In this document: positions 19,102-29,623 of the stretch, piece by piece | How positions within the stretch are numbered: the first letter of the stretch is position 1 | Layout of the letters: each line of letters opens with the position of its first letter | Translations under genes and position numbers: made by a program | NCBI GenBank assembly: GCA_019749835.1 | Contig: JAIEPJ010000073.1 | Coordinates: 23,660 to 87,659 of the forward strand | DNA: 64,000 nt | Direction: 5' to 3' | Source of the DNA: Phreatobacter sp. | GTDB taxonomy: Bacteria > Pseudomonadota > Alphaproteobacteria > Rhizobiales > Phreatobacteraceae | The notes under the pieces: generated by a model | Seen by the model: only the letters and a program-made list of their open reading frames with translations | Database searches by the model: none | Told to the model about the DNA's origin: nothing

Positions 19102-19794
19102 ATGCTGACGCGCAAGCAACATGAACTTCTCCGCTTCATCCAGGAGCGACTGAAGGAAAGCGGCGTGCCTCCGTCCTTCGACGAGATGAAGGAAGCGCTC
19201 GACCTGAAGTCGAAATCCGGCATCCACCGGCTGATCACAGCGCTGGAGGAGCGCGGGTTCATTCGCCGGCTACCGAACAGGGCTCGGGCCCTGGAAGTGA
19301 TTCGCCAGCCGGAACAGTCGGCCGGTCCCGCCCGCGGCAAGTTCTCGCCCAGCGTCATCGAGGGCTCGCTCGGCCGTGCCCGTCCCGCGGCGTCCGACGA
19401 GGATGTCGCCATGCCGGTTTCCGTGCCGCTGATGGGCCGCATCGCGGCCGGCGTGCCGCGCGAGGCCATCGAGCAGCGAACGTCGACGATTTCGGTGCCC
19501 CCTGAAATGCTGGCCCGCGGCGAGCACTATGCTCTTGAAGTCAGGGGCGATTCCATGATCGAGGCGGGCATCCTGGAGGGTGACCTCGCGCTCATCCGCA
19601 AGGGCGACAGCGCCGAGACCGGCGATATTGTTGTCGCCCTGATCGACGATGAGGAAGCGACCCTCAAGCGCCTGCGCAAGCGCGGCACATCGATCGCCCT
19701 CGAGGCCGCGAACCCGGCCTATGAGACCCGTGTTCTGGGGCCTGACCGGGTGCAGATCCAGGGCAAGCTGGTCGGCCTGATCAGGCGTTACTGA
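19102..19794 (+). CDS. lexA: SOS repressor LexA
   Basis: [37 protein letters not shown] (Ala-Gly cleavage site), GDSM (Ser), EATLKR (Lys). Confidence 0.98.
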   Translation: MLTRKQHELLRFIQERLKESGVPPSFDEMKEALDLKSKSGIHRLITALEERGFIRRLPNRARALEVIRQPEQSAGPARGKFSPSVIEGSLGRARPAASDEDVAMPVSVPLMGRIAAGVPREAIEQRTSTISVPPEMLARGEHYALEVRGDSMIEAGILEGDLALIRKGDSAETGDIVVALIDDEEATLKRLRKRGTSIALEAANPAYETRVLGPDRVQIQGKLVGLIRRY

Positions 19795-19800
19795 GGTTAT

Positions 19801-22092
19801 CTACTGAGCCGGCTCTAGAGCGACATCCTCCAGATCCGGGCTAGGCTCAGCCTCCGTTGTTCTGCCTGCTGCAGCCGCCGCTTCGGTGCGGCCAGGAAGC
19901 CTGAGAACCGGCGGCGCAAGCCCGGGCGGCCGCGGTCGGAACCAGGGCCGGTCGGCACCTGCCGGTCTGGCGGGCTCGACCCGCAACCCCGAGGGGTCGG
20001 CATGGATCCGCAGCGCGCCGGTCCAGGCGATGGCGCGCAGGTCGATGACGATGGCGGCGCAGCCTGGGGGCGGATCGTTCCGCGTCACGACGATCCTCGC
20101 CTCCCGACAGTCGTCGGGCAGCGCGTCGGGATGGCGCGGCACGGCGATCCGGCCGCCCCCCGCCAGCGGCATGGCGCAGCCCAGGGGATCGCAGCGAACG
20201 CCCTCCTGCAGCGTCTCGTCGGTGGCGCTGCGCCGGTCCGCCTCACCGATCAGCCAGCGCTGGACAGCGAAACGATTGCCCCGCGCCGAGACAACCCGCA
20301 GCGTTCCGTCCGGAGCGCGGGCGGCGACCGTCGCCCCCTCCCCGTCGACGAGGAGGAGCGGGCGCTGCCCGTCCGGTGCGATGAGCAAGCCCAAGGCCAC
20401 GGCCGGGAGGCCGAGCCATCGCAGCGGCGTCGAGAACAGCCCGAGAATGATGAACCCGACCGACAGGGTCAGCAGACCGGTCGGATGGAGCGACGGCACG
20501 ATGACCCGGCCTCCGGGCCAGGATGCCACCCATTCTCCCGATCGCACGAAGAGTTCGATACCGAGCCCCGCCAGCGCCCAGACCGGCTTGTCCCAGCCGA
20601 ATGGCCAGAGCAGCAGGGCGAGGATCTGCAGCGGCATCACAAAGAACTCGATGATAGGCGCGCCGAGGAGATTTCCGGCGACCCCATAGAGGTGCACCGT
20701 GTTGAAATGAAACGCCGCATAGGGCGTCGTCGCCACGGAGGCGACGAAGGAGCTCGTGGCGAGCCCGATGACGCCGTTGGTGACGATGAGGAGCGAGCGT
20801 CCCCATCCCGCCGGATCGCCCGAATGCCGCTCGGCCCAGGGGCGCAATGTCACATAGCCGGCGATGAGCGCCAGCGTCGCCGCGAAGGACATCTGGAAAC
20901 TCGGACCGAGCAGACTGTCCGGGGCGATCACCAGGACCGCGATGGCGGCCAGCGCCAGCGTCCGGAGCGTCAGCGCACCACGGTCGAGGGCGACTCCCAC
21001 CAGCACCACGGCGATCATGATCCACGAGCGCTGGGTCGCCACCTCCGCGCCGGAGATGACAAGATAGGCGGTGGACACGAGGAGCGCGACGAGCGCGGCC
21101 CAGGCCTTGACGTGGCGAGTCAATGCCAGCGACGGCACAAGAGCCAATCCGCCGCGCACCACGGCGAAGATGAGCGCCGCCACCAGTGCCATGTGGAATC
21201 CTGAGATCGAGAGGATGTGATAGGTGCCGGCGGCGCGCATCGCCTCGTTGATGCCCTCGGGAATGCCATCGCGCTTGCCGGTCACCAGCGCGTCGGCGAT
21301 CGCGCCGGCCGGTCCCGGAATAGCGGCGCGAATCCGCGTGCTGATGGCATTCCGCACGCTGTCGAGGCGAGCCCTCAGTTGCACTGGCCAGGGCGGATCC
21401 CCGGTGGCGGATGCGGCGCCGAACGTGATCGCACCGATGACGAAGCCGCTGGCGCCGAGGCCCATGAAATAAGCGTCACGGCCGAAGTCGTAATGTCCGG
21501 GTGCGGCTGGATCGGCGGGCGGGCGCAGCCTTGCGGTCAGCGTGACCGGCTGCCCTACGGCAACGGCGCTACGCGTTCGGCTGGTGACCCGGATCCGCTG
21601 CGGCATCCGCTCCGGCGCCGGGTTGATCGCGATGACATGGAGCGTCAGGCGGTCGTTGCCCTCCCGTTTCTCCACCGCCTCGACCCAGGCTTCGACGCGC
21701 ACGACACCGGTTTCGCCGGCAAGGATCGGGTGCTTCATCCAATGGGTCTTCAGCGTCGCTGCGGCAAATCCCACCGTCATGGCGGCGAGTGCAGCCATGA
21801 CCAGGAACGCCGCGTAGCGCTCGCGCAGGCGCAATGCGACGAGACATAGCAGGGCGAGCAACGCCAGGGGGGCCGCTACGGTCGGCTCGTCGGGCGCCGC
21901 GAAGTAGAGGAGAATGCCAGCGCCCATCGCCACGGGCAGCATCAGGAAGGCGCGTCCACGTTCAAGTTCCAGGGCCCCCCAGGCCCGCAGACGGCCTGTC
22001 CAGACATCGAGGGTGTGACCGGGCCAGACACCTGCCACCGGCCAGGCGCGGCCGGCCACGGCGGCAGCCATGGTCTTCGCCCGCGCTCTCAC
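19801..22092 (-). CDS. comEC: ComEC/Rec2 DNA uptake channel protein
   Basis: PG.YDFGRDAYF, G.YHILSISGFHM, SGAEVATQRS, PSFQMSFAA; start uncertain (22071, 22092 or 22146). Confidence 0.9.
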   Translation of the reverse strand: MRARAKTMAAAVAGRAWPVAGVWPGHTLDVWTGRLRAWGALELERGRAFLMLPVAMGAGILLYFAAPDEPTVAAPLALLALLCLVALRLRERYAAFLVMAALAAMTVGFAAATLKTHWMKHPILAGETGVVRVEAWVEAVEKREGNDRLTLHVIAINPAPERMPQRIRVTSRTRSAVAVGQPVTLTARLRPPADPAAPGHYDFGRDAYFMGLGASGFVIGAITFGAASATGDPPWPVQLRARLDSVRNAISTRIRAAIPGPAGAIADALVTGKRDGIPEGINEAMRAAGTYHILSISGFHMALVAALIFAVVRGGLALVPSLALTRHVKAWAALVALLVSTAYLVISGAEVATQRSWIMIAVVLVGVALDRGALTLRTLALAAIAVLVIAPDSLLGPSFQMSFAATLALIAGYVTLRPWAERHSGDPAGWGRSLLIVTNGVIGLATSSFVASVATTPYAAFHFNTVHLYGVAGNLLGAPIIEFFVMPLQILALLLWPFGWDKPVWALAGLGIELFVRSGEWVASWPGGRVIVPSLHPTGLLTLSVGFIILGLFSTPLRWLGLPAVALGLLIAPDGQRPLLLVDGEGATVAARAPDGTLRVVSARGNRFAVQRWLIGEADRRSATDETLQEGVRCDPLGCAMPLAGGGRIAVPRHPDALPDDCREARIVVTRNDPPPGCAAIVIDLRAIAWTGALRIHADPSGLRVEPARPAGADRPWFRPRPPGLAPPVLRLPGRTEAAAAAGRTTEAEPSPDLEDVALEPAQ

Positions 22093-22205
22093 TGTGTCGC
22101 CCCCATGGGGCCGCTCCCCAAGCCGCCTACAACATGCTACAGCCACGCGCTTTCCGGCGCCGAGCCTAGCGCGGCCCCGCTTGCCCTGTCGTCTTGGGAA
22201 GAATC

Positions 22206-23624
22206 ATGACCGTCGTCACCCGCTTTGCCCCCTCCCCGACGGGCTTCCTGCATATCGGCGGTGCCCGCACCGCCCTGTTCAACTGGCTCTATGCGCGGAA
22301 GACCGGCGGCAAGATGCTGTTGCGCATCGAGGATACCGACCGCCAGCGGTCGACGACCGAGGCGATCGACGCGATCCTCGACGGCCTGTCCTGGCTCGGC
22401 CTCGCCTGGGACGACGAGACCATCTACCAGTTCGCCCGTGCCGCGCGTCACGCCGAGGTCGCCCACCAATTGCTGGCGGCCGGGCGCGCCTATCATTGCT
22501 ACGCCTCTCCTGAAGAGCTGGACGAGATGCGGGCCATCGCCATGAAGGAGGGCCGTCCGCCGCGTTATGACGGCCGCTGGCGCGACCGTGACCCCTCCGA
22601 GGCACCGGCCGGCATCAAGCCCGTGGTGCGCCTCAAGGGCCGGCAGGACGGCGAGACGGTGGTTGACGACCTGGTCCAGGGACGCGTCGTCATTCCCAAC
22701 AAGGATCTCGACGACCTCGTCCTGCTGCGCTCGGACGGCACGCCGACCTACATGCATGCGGTCGTTGTCGACGATCACGATATGGGGATCACCCATATCA
22801 TTCGCGGCGTCGACCATCTGACCAATGCCGCCCGCCAGACGCAGATCTACGAGGCGCTCGGCTGGCCGGTGCCGGCCATGGCCCATATTCCGCTGATCCA
22901 TGGCTCCGACGGCGCCAAGCTCTCCAAGCGCCATGGCGCCCTCGGCGTCGAGCAGTACCGCGCCCTCGGCTACCTGCCGGAGGCACTGCGAAACTATCTC
23001 GTCCGGCTGGGCTGGAGCCAGGGCGACAAGGAGTTCTTCTCGACCGAGGAGATGATCGAAGCCTTCGACCTCTCCGCCATCGGCCGCTCGCCGGCCCGCT
23101 TCGACCTCACCAAGCTTGAGGCCGTCAACGGCCATTATATCCGCCACGCCGACGATGCCCGGTTGCTCGCCGCCATCGACGACATCCTGCCCCATATCGA
23201 GGGTGGCGCAGAGATCGCTGCCGCCTTGACCGACGGGCGGCGTGCCCAGGTGCTCAAGGCCATGCCGGGCATCAAGGAACGCGCCAAGACCGTGCTGGAA
23301 CTGATTGACGGCGCCGGCTTCATCCTGGCCAGCCGCCCCCTTGCCGTCGACGCCAAGGCGGCCGCCCTGCTGTCGCCGGAAGCGCGCCGCCACCTGGCGT
23401 CGCTGCATGGCCGTCTCGCGGCGCTCGGCGAGTGGACCGCCGCGGCGGCCGATGCCGCAGTCCGCGCCGAGGCCGAGGCGCAGGGCGTCAAGCTCGGCGC
23501 CATGGCCCAGCCGCTGCGGGCGGCGCTGACCGGGCGCACCACCTCCCCGGGCATTTTCGACGTTCTCGAGGTGCTCGGCCGCGACGAAAGCCTTGCCCGC
23601 ATGGCCGATCAGATGCAGGCCTGA
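22206..23624 (+). CDS. gltX: Glutamate--tRNA ligase
   Basis: [15 protein letters not shown] (HIGH), LRIEDTD, KLSKR (KMSKS). Confidence 0.98.
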   Translation: MTVVTRFAPSPTGFLHIGGARTALFNWLYARKTGGKMLLRIEDTDRQRSTTEAIDAILDGLSWLGLAWDDETIYQFARAARHAEVAHQLLAAGRAYHCYASPEELDEMRAIAMKEGRPPRYDGRWRDRDPSEAPAGIKPVVRLKGRQDGETVVDDLVQGRVVIPNKDLDDLVLLRSDGTPTYMHAVVVDDHDMGITHIIRGVDHLTNAARQTQIYEALGWPVPAMAHIPLIHGSDGAKLSKRHGALGVEQYRALGYLPEALRNYLVRLGWSQGDKEFFSTEEMIEAFDLSAIGRSPARFDLTKLEAVNGHYIRHADDARLLAAIDDILPHIEGGAEIAAALTDGRRAQVLKAMPGIKERAKTVLELIDGAGFILASRPLAVDAKAAALLSPEARRHLASLHGRLAALGEWTAAAADAAVRAEAEAQGVKLGAMAQPLRAALTGRTTSPGIFDVLEVLGRDESLARMADQMQA

Positions 23625-23800
23625 CACGGCCAAAAGGGCCTGCCGATTCCCCGTCATACCTATGTCGCAGGGCGGGCCCTACGCAGCCGCACGCGCTTGC
23701 TGCTGGGTCAAAAAGCGTCTATCCGGTTTCTGGGGCGCGACGGGTGGACTCCACCATGGCCGGGCACGCATTTTCGGATAGGAAATTCAAGGGGTTGCTG

Positions 23801-25099
23801 ATGTCCGCAAGCGCAAAGACCGCGACGCTCACTCTTGGCGACAAGACCATTCCGCTGCCGATTTCCAACGGCACCGTGGGCCCGTCGACCGTCGATATCG
23901 GCAAGCTCTACGCGCAGACGGGGATGTTCACCTACGACCCGGGCTTCACCTCGACCGCAAGCTGCGAAAGCAAGATCACCTATATCGATGGTGACGAGGG
24001 CGTCCTGCTCTATCGCGGCTACCCGATCGAGCAGCTCGCCGAGCACGGCGACTTCCTCGAGACCTGCTACCTGCTGCTCTACGGGGACCTGCCGACCGCC
24101 GCCCAGAAGGCCGATTTCGACTATCGCGTCACGCACCACACCATGGTGCACGACCAGATGAGCCGCTTCTTCACCGGCTTCCGCCGCGATGCCCATCCGA
24201 TGGCTGTCATGGTCGCGGCCGTCGGCGCCCTGTCGGCCTTCTACCACGACTCCATCGACATCGCCGACCCGCACCAGCGGATGATCTCGTCGATCCGTCT
24301 GGTCGCCAAGCTGCCGACGCTCGCCGCGATGGCCTACAAGTACTCCATCGGACAGCCCTTCGTTTACCCGCAGAACTCGCTCGACTACGCCTCGAACTTC
24401 CTGCGCATGTGCTTCTCCGTGCCGGCCGAGGAGTACAAGGCCAATCCGGTTCTCGCCCGCGCCATGGACCGGATCTTCATCCTCCATGCCGATCACGAGC
24501 AGAACGCCTCGACCTCGACCGTCCGCCTCGCGGGTTCGTCGGGAGCCAATCCCTTCGCCTGCATCGCCGCCGGCATTGCCTGCCTCTGGGGACCGGCCCA
24601 TGGCGGCGCCAACGAGGCGGCGCTCAAGATGCTCGGCGAGATCGGCTCGGTGGAGAACATCCCGAAATTCGTCGCCAAGGCGAAGGACAAGAACGACCCC
24701 TTCCGCCTGATGGGCTTCGGCCACCGCGTCTACAAGAACTACGATCCGCGCGCCAAGATCATGCAGAAGACCTGCCACGAGGTCCTCGGCGAACTCGGCA
24801 TCAAGGACGATCCGCTGCTCGACGTCGCCGTCGAGCTGGAGCGCATCGCCCTGTCCGACGACTATTTCGTCGAGAAGAAGCTTTATCCGAACATCGACTT
24901 CTATTCGGGCATCACGCTCAAGGCGATGGGCTTCCCGACCGACATGTTCACCGTGCTCTTTGCCCTCGCCCGTACCGTCGGCTGGATCGCCCAGTGGAAG
25001 GAAATGATCGAGGACCCGCACCAGAAGATCGGCCGTCCGCGCCAGCTCTACACGGGCGAGTCGCGCCGCGACTACACGCCGATCTCCCGGCGCAAGTGA
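23801..25099 (+). CDS. gltA: Citrate synthase (type II)
   Basis: [55 protein letters not shown]. Confidence 0.98.
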   Translation: MSASAKTATLTLGDKTIPLPISNGTVGPSTVDIGKLYAQTGMFTYDPGFTSTASCESKITYIDGDEGVLLYRGYPIEQLAEHGDFLETCYLLLYGDLPTAAQKADFDYRVTHHTMVHDQMSRFFTGFRRDAHPMAVMVAAVGALSAFYHDSIDIADPHQRMISSIRLVAKLPTLAAMAYKYSIGQPFVYPQNSLDYASNFLRMCFSVPAEEYKANPVLARAMDRIFILHADHEQNASTSTVRLAGSSGANPFACIAAGIACLWGPAHGGANEAALKMLGEIGSVENIPKFVAKAKDKNDPFRLMGFGHRVYKNYDPRAKIMQKTCHEVLGELGIKDDPLLDVAVELERIALSDDYFVEKKLYPNIDFYSGITLKAMGFPTDMFTVLFALARTVGWIAQWKEMIEDPHQKIGRPRQLYTGESRRDYTPISRRK

Positions 25100-25145
25100 T
25101 CGTCAGGCACGGGTGATCACCGGCGATCGCGCCGGTCATTTAGGT

Positions 25146-26363
25146 TCAGCGGGGCGCTTCGGCGCCCCGTTCCTTTTCTGGCCGAGCGGCGTCGTGCAGG
25201 CAGCCGAGGACGATGCGGGCGGCCTTCACGCTCGGCGCTTCGCCGGCAAAATCCATGATCCCGTCGATCCGCGCAAAGGCGGCGATCTGCCGGTCACGCG
25301 CCGGGCCGTCGACAAGGATCGCCGAGAGGGCCGCGGCCACAGCCTCGACGGTCGCTTTTTCCTGCAGGAATTCCGGCACCACCTTATCGCCGACGACCAG
25401 GTTCGCCAGCACAGCGGTATCGACTGTCACCAGACGCCGCACGATCTGCGCCTCGAGCCAGCCGGCCCGGTAGGCCACCACCTGCGGAACACCGGCGACG
25501 GCAAGCTCCAGTGTCACGGTCCCCGAACAGGCCAGCGCCGCATGGGCGGACCGGAAGGCGGCGAACTTCGCCGCCTCGCCGTCGACGATGCGGGGCTTGA
25601 CCGGCCAGGCCGCGATCTCGCGCAGGATCAGATCGCGATGCTGCGCCACTGCCGGCAGCAGCCAGTCGACCGGACCGTGCTCGGCCTCCACCCGCTCCAG
25701 CACCCCGGCATAAAGCGCCGACAGGCGGGTGATCTCGTTGCGCCGGCTTCCGGGCAGGACGAGAACCTGCGGCGGCGCCTCGGTACGCCGCAGAGCCTCC
25801 GCGGGACCGGGTCTGATATCGGCGAGCCGCTCGCTGATCGGGTGGCCGACATAGGTGGTCGGTGGCCCGCCGAGACGGCGGTGGACCTCGGGCTCGAAGG
25901 GCAGCAGCGCCAGCAGGTGATCGATATAGGGGCGCATCTCCGCCGCCCGCCCGGGGCGCCAGGCCCAGACCGTCGGCGAGACATAGAAGACGATCGGGAT
26001 GGCGGGGCGGAGCTTGCGCACCTGCCGCGCCACCCGCCGGTTGAAACCCGGGGCGTCGATCAGAACCAGCACGTCCGGCGGATCGGCGAGGATCGCGGCG
26101 ACCGTCTCGCGAATGCGCCTGAGCACGCGCGGAATGTGGACGATGATGGAGGTGATCCCGAACAGGGCGATCTCCACCATGGGGAACTGGGAGGCCAGCC
26201 CGCGGGCCGTCATGCGGGGCCCGGCAACGCCGCGGAAGGCGACCGGTCCGTCATGCTCGCCGACGAGTGCGTCCATCAGGTGGGCGCCGAGCTGGTCCCC
26301 GGATTCCTCGCCCGCGATGATGAAGACGTCGAGCGGCCTTGGGCCGGCAATGGCGCTCATCAT
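25146..26363 (-). CDS. lpxB: Lipid-A-disaccharide synthase
   Basis: IIAGEESGDQLG, IDAPGFN, YVSPTVWAWRPGRA, LLPFE, YVGHP, LPGSR, SGTVTLE; ATGA overlap with lpxI. Confidence 0.96.
   Translation of the reverse strand: MMSAIAGPRPLDVFIIAGEESGDQLGAHLMDALVGEHDGPVAFRGVAGPRMTARGLASQFPMVEIALFGITSIIVHIPRVLRRIRETVAAILADPPDVLVLIDAPGFNRRVARQVRKLRPAIPIVFYVSPTVWAWRPGRAAEMRPYIDHLLALLPFEPEVHRRLGGPPTTYVGHPISERLADIRPGPAEALRRTEAPPQVLVLPGSRRNEITRLSALYAGVLERVEAEHGPVDWLLPAVAQHRDLILREIAAWPVKPRIVDGEAAKFAAFRSAHAALACSGTVTLELAVAGVPQVVAYRAGWLEAQIVRRLVTVDTAVLANLVVGDKVVPEFLQEKATVEAVAAALSAILVDGPARDRQIAAFARIDGIMDFAGEAPSVKAARIVLGCLHDAARPEKERGAEAPR
25150..25177 (+). terminator. Intrinsic terminator for gltA, inside the 3' end of convergent lpxB
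   Basis: CGGGGCGC-TTCG-GCGCCCCG (cUUCGg loop) followed by TTCCTTTT. Confidence 0.65.
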
Positions 26364-27211
26364 GGCCCGCCATCCGCCGGAACGCCGACGACGAAGAGAC
26401 CATGGCGGTCGGCGAGGCCGATGACCTCCTGCAGGTCTACGACGAGGGTCGAGCCGGCGACAACGGCAATGCCCTTGAGGCCAGCCGCCGCGGCCTTCTC
26501 GACGGTCGCCGGCCCGATGGCCGGCATGTCGACGCGGCGGTCCTGGTGCGGCTTCGGCGCCTTGACGAGGATGCCGCTGCCCCGCGGCCATTTCAGCCGA
26601 CCGGCCGTCCGCATGGCCGTACAGCGGTCGAGCATCCCGTCGGTCCCCTCGGCCCCCTCGACCGCCACGATACGCCGGCCGCCGATGACCATGCCCTGGC
26701 CGACATCGTAGGGACCGAGCGCGGCGATCGCGTCCCGGGCGAGCGCGATATCCTCCAGGTCCGCCTCGGACGGGCGCAGCGATCCCAGGGGGCCTTCGGG
26801 AATGAGCAGTTCCGGCGCCACGTCCTGCGCCCCGAGCAGACGGAACCCGTGGCGCTCGAAGATCCCGGCAATGCCGCGGAGAAGGTGATCATCGCCGCCG
26901 CGATAGAGCCGCAGCAGGTCAGGCAGCACGCGAAGCCCCCCGAGGTCCGGCACCGTGGTCCACAGATTGGGGCGCACCAGCGAGCCGATCAGCACGAGAT
27001 CGCGGCAGCCGGCCTTGCGCGCCTGCGCCACCATGGCGCCGAACTGCCCGATGCCGATCCATGCATGCGGATAGGACTGCAGCTCCGGACCGGCGATGCC
27101 TTTCAGCAGCAGCGCAAAGACGGGCCGCCCCTGCTCCGTCGCTGCCCGCGCGAGCGCCAGAGGGAAGCTCCCCGCACCCGCGATGATGCCGAGCGGGCTC
27201 GTCTCAGTCAT
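26360..27211 (-). CDS. lpxI: UDP-2,3-diacylglucosamine diphosphatase LpxI
   Basis: LGIIAGAGSFP, GGDDHLL, DVGQG, VEGAEGTD, KPHQDRRVDMPAIG; lies between lpxA and lpxB. Confidence 0.93.
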   Translation of the reverse strand: MTETSPLGIIAGAGSFPLALARAATEQGRPVFALLLKGIAGPELQSYPHAWIGIGQFGAMVAQARKAGCRDLVLIGSLVRPNLWTTVPDLGGLRVLPDLLRLYRGGDDHLLRGIAGIFERHGFRLLGAQDVAPELLIPEGPLGSLRPSEADLEDIALARDAIAALGPYDVGQGMVIGGRRIVAVEGAEGTDGMLDRCTAMRTAGRLKWPRGSGILVKAPKPHQDRRVDMPAIGPATVEKAAAAGLKGIAVVAGSTLVVDLQEVIGLADRHGLFVVGVPADGGP

Positions 27212-28055
27212 CGGCGGTGGTCGTGCCCGTCCCGGCGACCCGCGTCTTCTTCGGCGCCGCCATCATCACCGGTCGCTTCTCTCCGGCTTCGATGAAGGAG
27301 ATAAGGCGGCCGGCGGCAGGATGGTCGCGATAGGCCGCTGCGGCGTCCGCCAGCCGCTCGGCAAAGGTGCCGACGCCGTAGAACAATGTCTCGTAGCAGG
27401 CCCGCACCACCCTGAGATCGTCACGGGACAGGCCGCGGCGCTTCATGCCGACGACATTGAGACCGATCAGTTCACCGGACACCCCGTTGGCACCGAAGGC
27501 CATGCCATAGGGGATGACATCATCCTTGACGCCGGTCAGACCGCCGACCATGGCAAAATCGCCGATACGGGTGAACTGGTGGACGGCGCAGAGGCCGCCG
27601 AGAAAGACGTAGTCTCCGACCTTCACATGGCCGCCGAGGGTCGCAGCATTGGCGAAGATGACGTTGTTGCCGACCCGGCAGTCATGGGCGACATGGGCAT
27701 AGGCCATGAGGAAGCAGCGGTCACCGATGATCGTGGCGCCGCTTTTCGGCGTGCCGCGATTGATCGTCACGCTTTCCCGGACGACGCAATCCTCACCAAG
27801 GTTCACCGTAGTCGGCTCGCCCTTGTAGGAAAGATCCTGGGGGGCGGTCCCGATGGACGCGAAGGAGTAGACCTCGCTGCGCGCCCCGATCGTCGTGTGT
27901 CCGTCAAGATTGACATGGGCATGCAGGGTAACGCCGTCGCCGAGCACGACATCCGGGCCCACCGTGCAAAAGGGCCCGATCCTGACCCCCTGCCCCAGCA
28001 CGGCCGCAGGCGCCACATAGGCCAGGGGATGGATCTCAGTCGCGCGCGCGCTCAT
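27204..28055 (-). CDS. lpxA: Acyl-ACP--UDP-N-acetylglucosamine O-acyltransferase
   Basis: Hexapeptide repeats, PQDLSYKGE, TINRGT, HVAHDC, VHQFTRIG. Confidence 0.96.
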   Translation of the reverse strand: MSARATEIHPLAYVAPAAVLGQGVRIGPFCTVGPDVVLGDGVTLHAHVNLDGHTTIGARSEVYSFASIGTAPQDLSYKGEPTTVNLGEDCVVRESVTINRGTPKSGATIIGDRCFLMAYAHVAHDCRVGNNVIFANAATLGGHVKVGDYVFLGGLCAVHQFTRIGDFAMVGGLTGVKDDVIPYGMAFGANGVSGELIGLNVVGMKRRGLSRDDLRVVRACYETLFYGVGTFAERLADAAAAYRDHPAAGRLISFIEAGEKRPVMMAAPKKTRVAGTGTTTADD

Positions 28056-28058
28056 CGA

Positions 28059-28514
28059 TCAGGCGTCCGCCAGCATGGCCGACAGTTCGGCCTCCGCGAC
28101 CAGCTTGCCGTCGACCATGGCCTCGCCGCGGTAGAACCAGATGTTACGCTTCTTGGCGATCTTCGTCATGTGATACTCGATCCGGTCTCCGGGGATGACC
28201 GGCTTGCGGAACTTGGCCTTGTCGATGGTCATGAAGAAGACGAGCTTGCCGGTGCCACCGACCGAGGTCAGGGCCATGACACCGCCGGTCTGCGCCATCC
28301 CTTCGATCATCAGCACGCCCGGCATGATCGGATTGCCCGGAAAATGGCCCATGAACTGCGGCTCGTTGGCCGTCACGTTCTTGATGCCGATGCCGAACTC
28401 ATCGGCACGGATGTCGACGATCTTGTCGATGAGCAGAAACGGATAGCGGTGCGGCAAAACGCTCAGAATCTTCTGGATGCCGGCCGTATCGATGCTGGTC
28501 GTCGTCTCGTTCAT
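28059..28514 (-). CDS. fabZ: 3-hydroxyacyl-ACP dehydratase FabZ
   Basis: [36 protein letters not shown]. Confidence 0.98.
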   Translation of the reverse strand: MNETTTSIDTAGIQKILSVLPHRYPFLLIDKIVDIRADEFGIGIKNVTANEPQFMGHFPGNPIMPGVLMIEGMAQTGGVMALTSVGGTGKLVFFMTIDKAKFRKPVIPGDRIEYHMTKIAKKRNIWFYRGEAMVDGKLVAEAELSAMLADA

Positions 28515-28516
28515 CG

Positions 28517-29575
28517 TCAGGAAGCCCCCTCGTCCTTGTCCACCGGCCTGGCCCGCGCCAGCCGCTCAACGGCGGCGATCTCACGAAACCAGTCACGCAC
28601 CGGCTTGGCCGGACGACCACCCCAGCGCGCGCCGTCGGGCACATCATCCTTGACGATCGAGGTCGCGGCAATCTGCGCGCCGTGGCCGACCGTGACATGG
28701 TTGTTGACGCCGACCTGGCCACCCAGCATGACGAAATCGCCAAGCCGCGCCGAACCGGAAATGCCGACCTGGCTGACGATGACGCAGTGACGGCCGATCT
28801 CGACGTTGTGCGCGATCTGCACGAGGTTGTCGATCTTCGTGCCTTCACCGATGACCGTATCGAGGACATGGCCGCGATCGACCGTCGTATTGGCGCCAAT
28901 CTCGACGTCATCCTGGATGATCACCCGGCCGATCTGCGGCACCTTGGCATGTTTCATCCGGCCGAGTTCGAACCCGAATCCGTCCTGGCCGATGCGTACA
29001 CCGGCATGGAGGATCACCCGGTTGCCGACCAGCGCGTGAACGAGCGACACATGCGGACCAATGGCGCAGTCGCGTCCGATACGGACCCCGGGCCCAACGA
29101 CGCAGCCCGCGGCGAGAATGGTTCCAGAGCCGACTTCGGCCTGCGGCCCGATGACGACGCCGGGGTCTACCACGACGCCCGGCTCAAGCCGCGCCGAGGG
29201 ATGAATCATCGCACCCGGCGATGTCCCGGTCGCCCCGAACAGCGACTGCGGGCGAAGCGCCTGGGGAAAGAGCCTGCGTGACACCGAGACGAAGGCCGCG
29301 TGCGGATGGGACACGACGATGGCCGCGACCCCTTCAGGCACGAGATGGCTCTGGCGCGCCGAGACGAGGCAGGCCGCCGCGCGCGTCGCCGCGAGCTGGT
29401 CGGCATATTTCGGATTGTCGAGGAAGGACAGGCTGTCCGGCGCGGCGTTCGACAGAGCGGCAACGCGGCGGATCGCCCGTTCGCCGTCACCGCCGGCCCA
29501 CTCGGCCTTCAGAAACGCCGCGACCGAGGCGACTGTCATCGCCTCGGCCGGAACAAGGAACTGGGGATCCGTCAT
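28517..29575 (-). CDS. lpxD: UDP-3-O-(3-hydroxyacyl)glucosamine N-acyltransferase LpxD
   Basis: Hexapeptide repeats, [25 protein letters not shown]. Confidence 0.96.
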   Translation of the reverse strand: MTDPQFLVPAEAMTVASVAAFLKAEWAGGDGERAIRRVAALSNAAPDSLSFLDNPKYADQLAATRAAACLVSARQSHLVPEGVAAIVVSHPHAAFVSVSRRLFPQALRPQSLFGATGTSPGAMIHPSARLEPGVVVDPGVVIGPQAEVGSGTILAAGCVVGPGVRIGRDCAIGPHVSLVHALVGNRVILHAGVRIGQDGFGFELGRMKHAKVPQIGRVIIQDDVEIGANTTVDRGHVLDTVIGEGTKIDNLVQIAHNVEIGRHCVIVSQVGISGSARLGDFVMLGGQVGVNNHVTVGHGAQIAATSIVKDDVPDGARWGGRPAKPVRDWFREIAAVERLARARPVDKDEGAS

Positions 29576-29623
29576 GATCATCCCGCCAGGGACCGCAGCG
29601 CCCCTGCAATGGGACGCCGACGG

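Noticed and set aside
29576-29623. No skp/ompH between bamA and lpxD
   Set aside because: Commonly absent at this position in Rhizobiales
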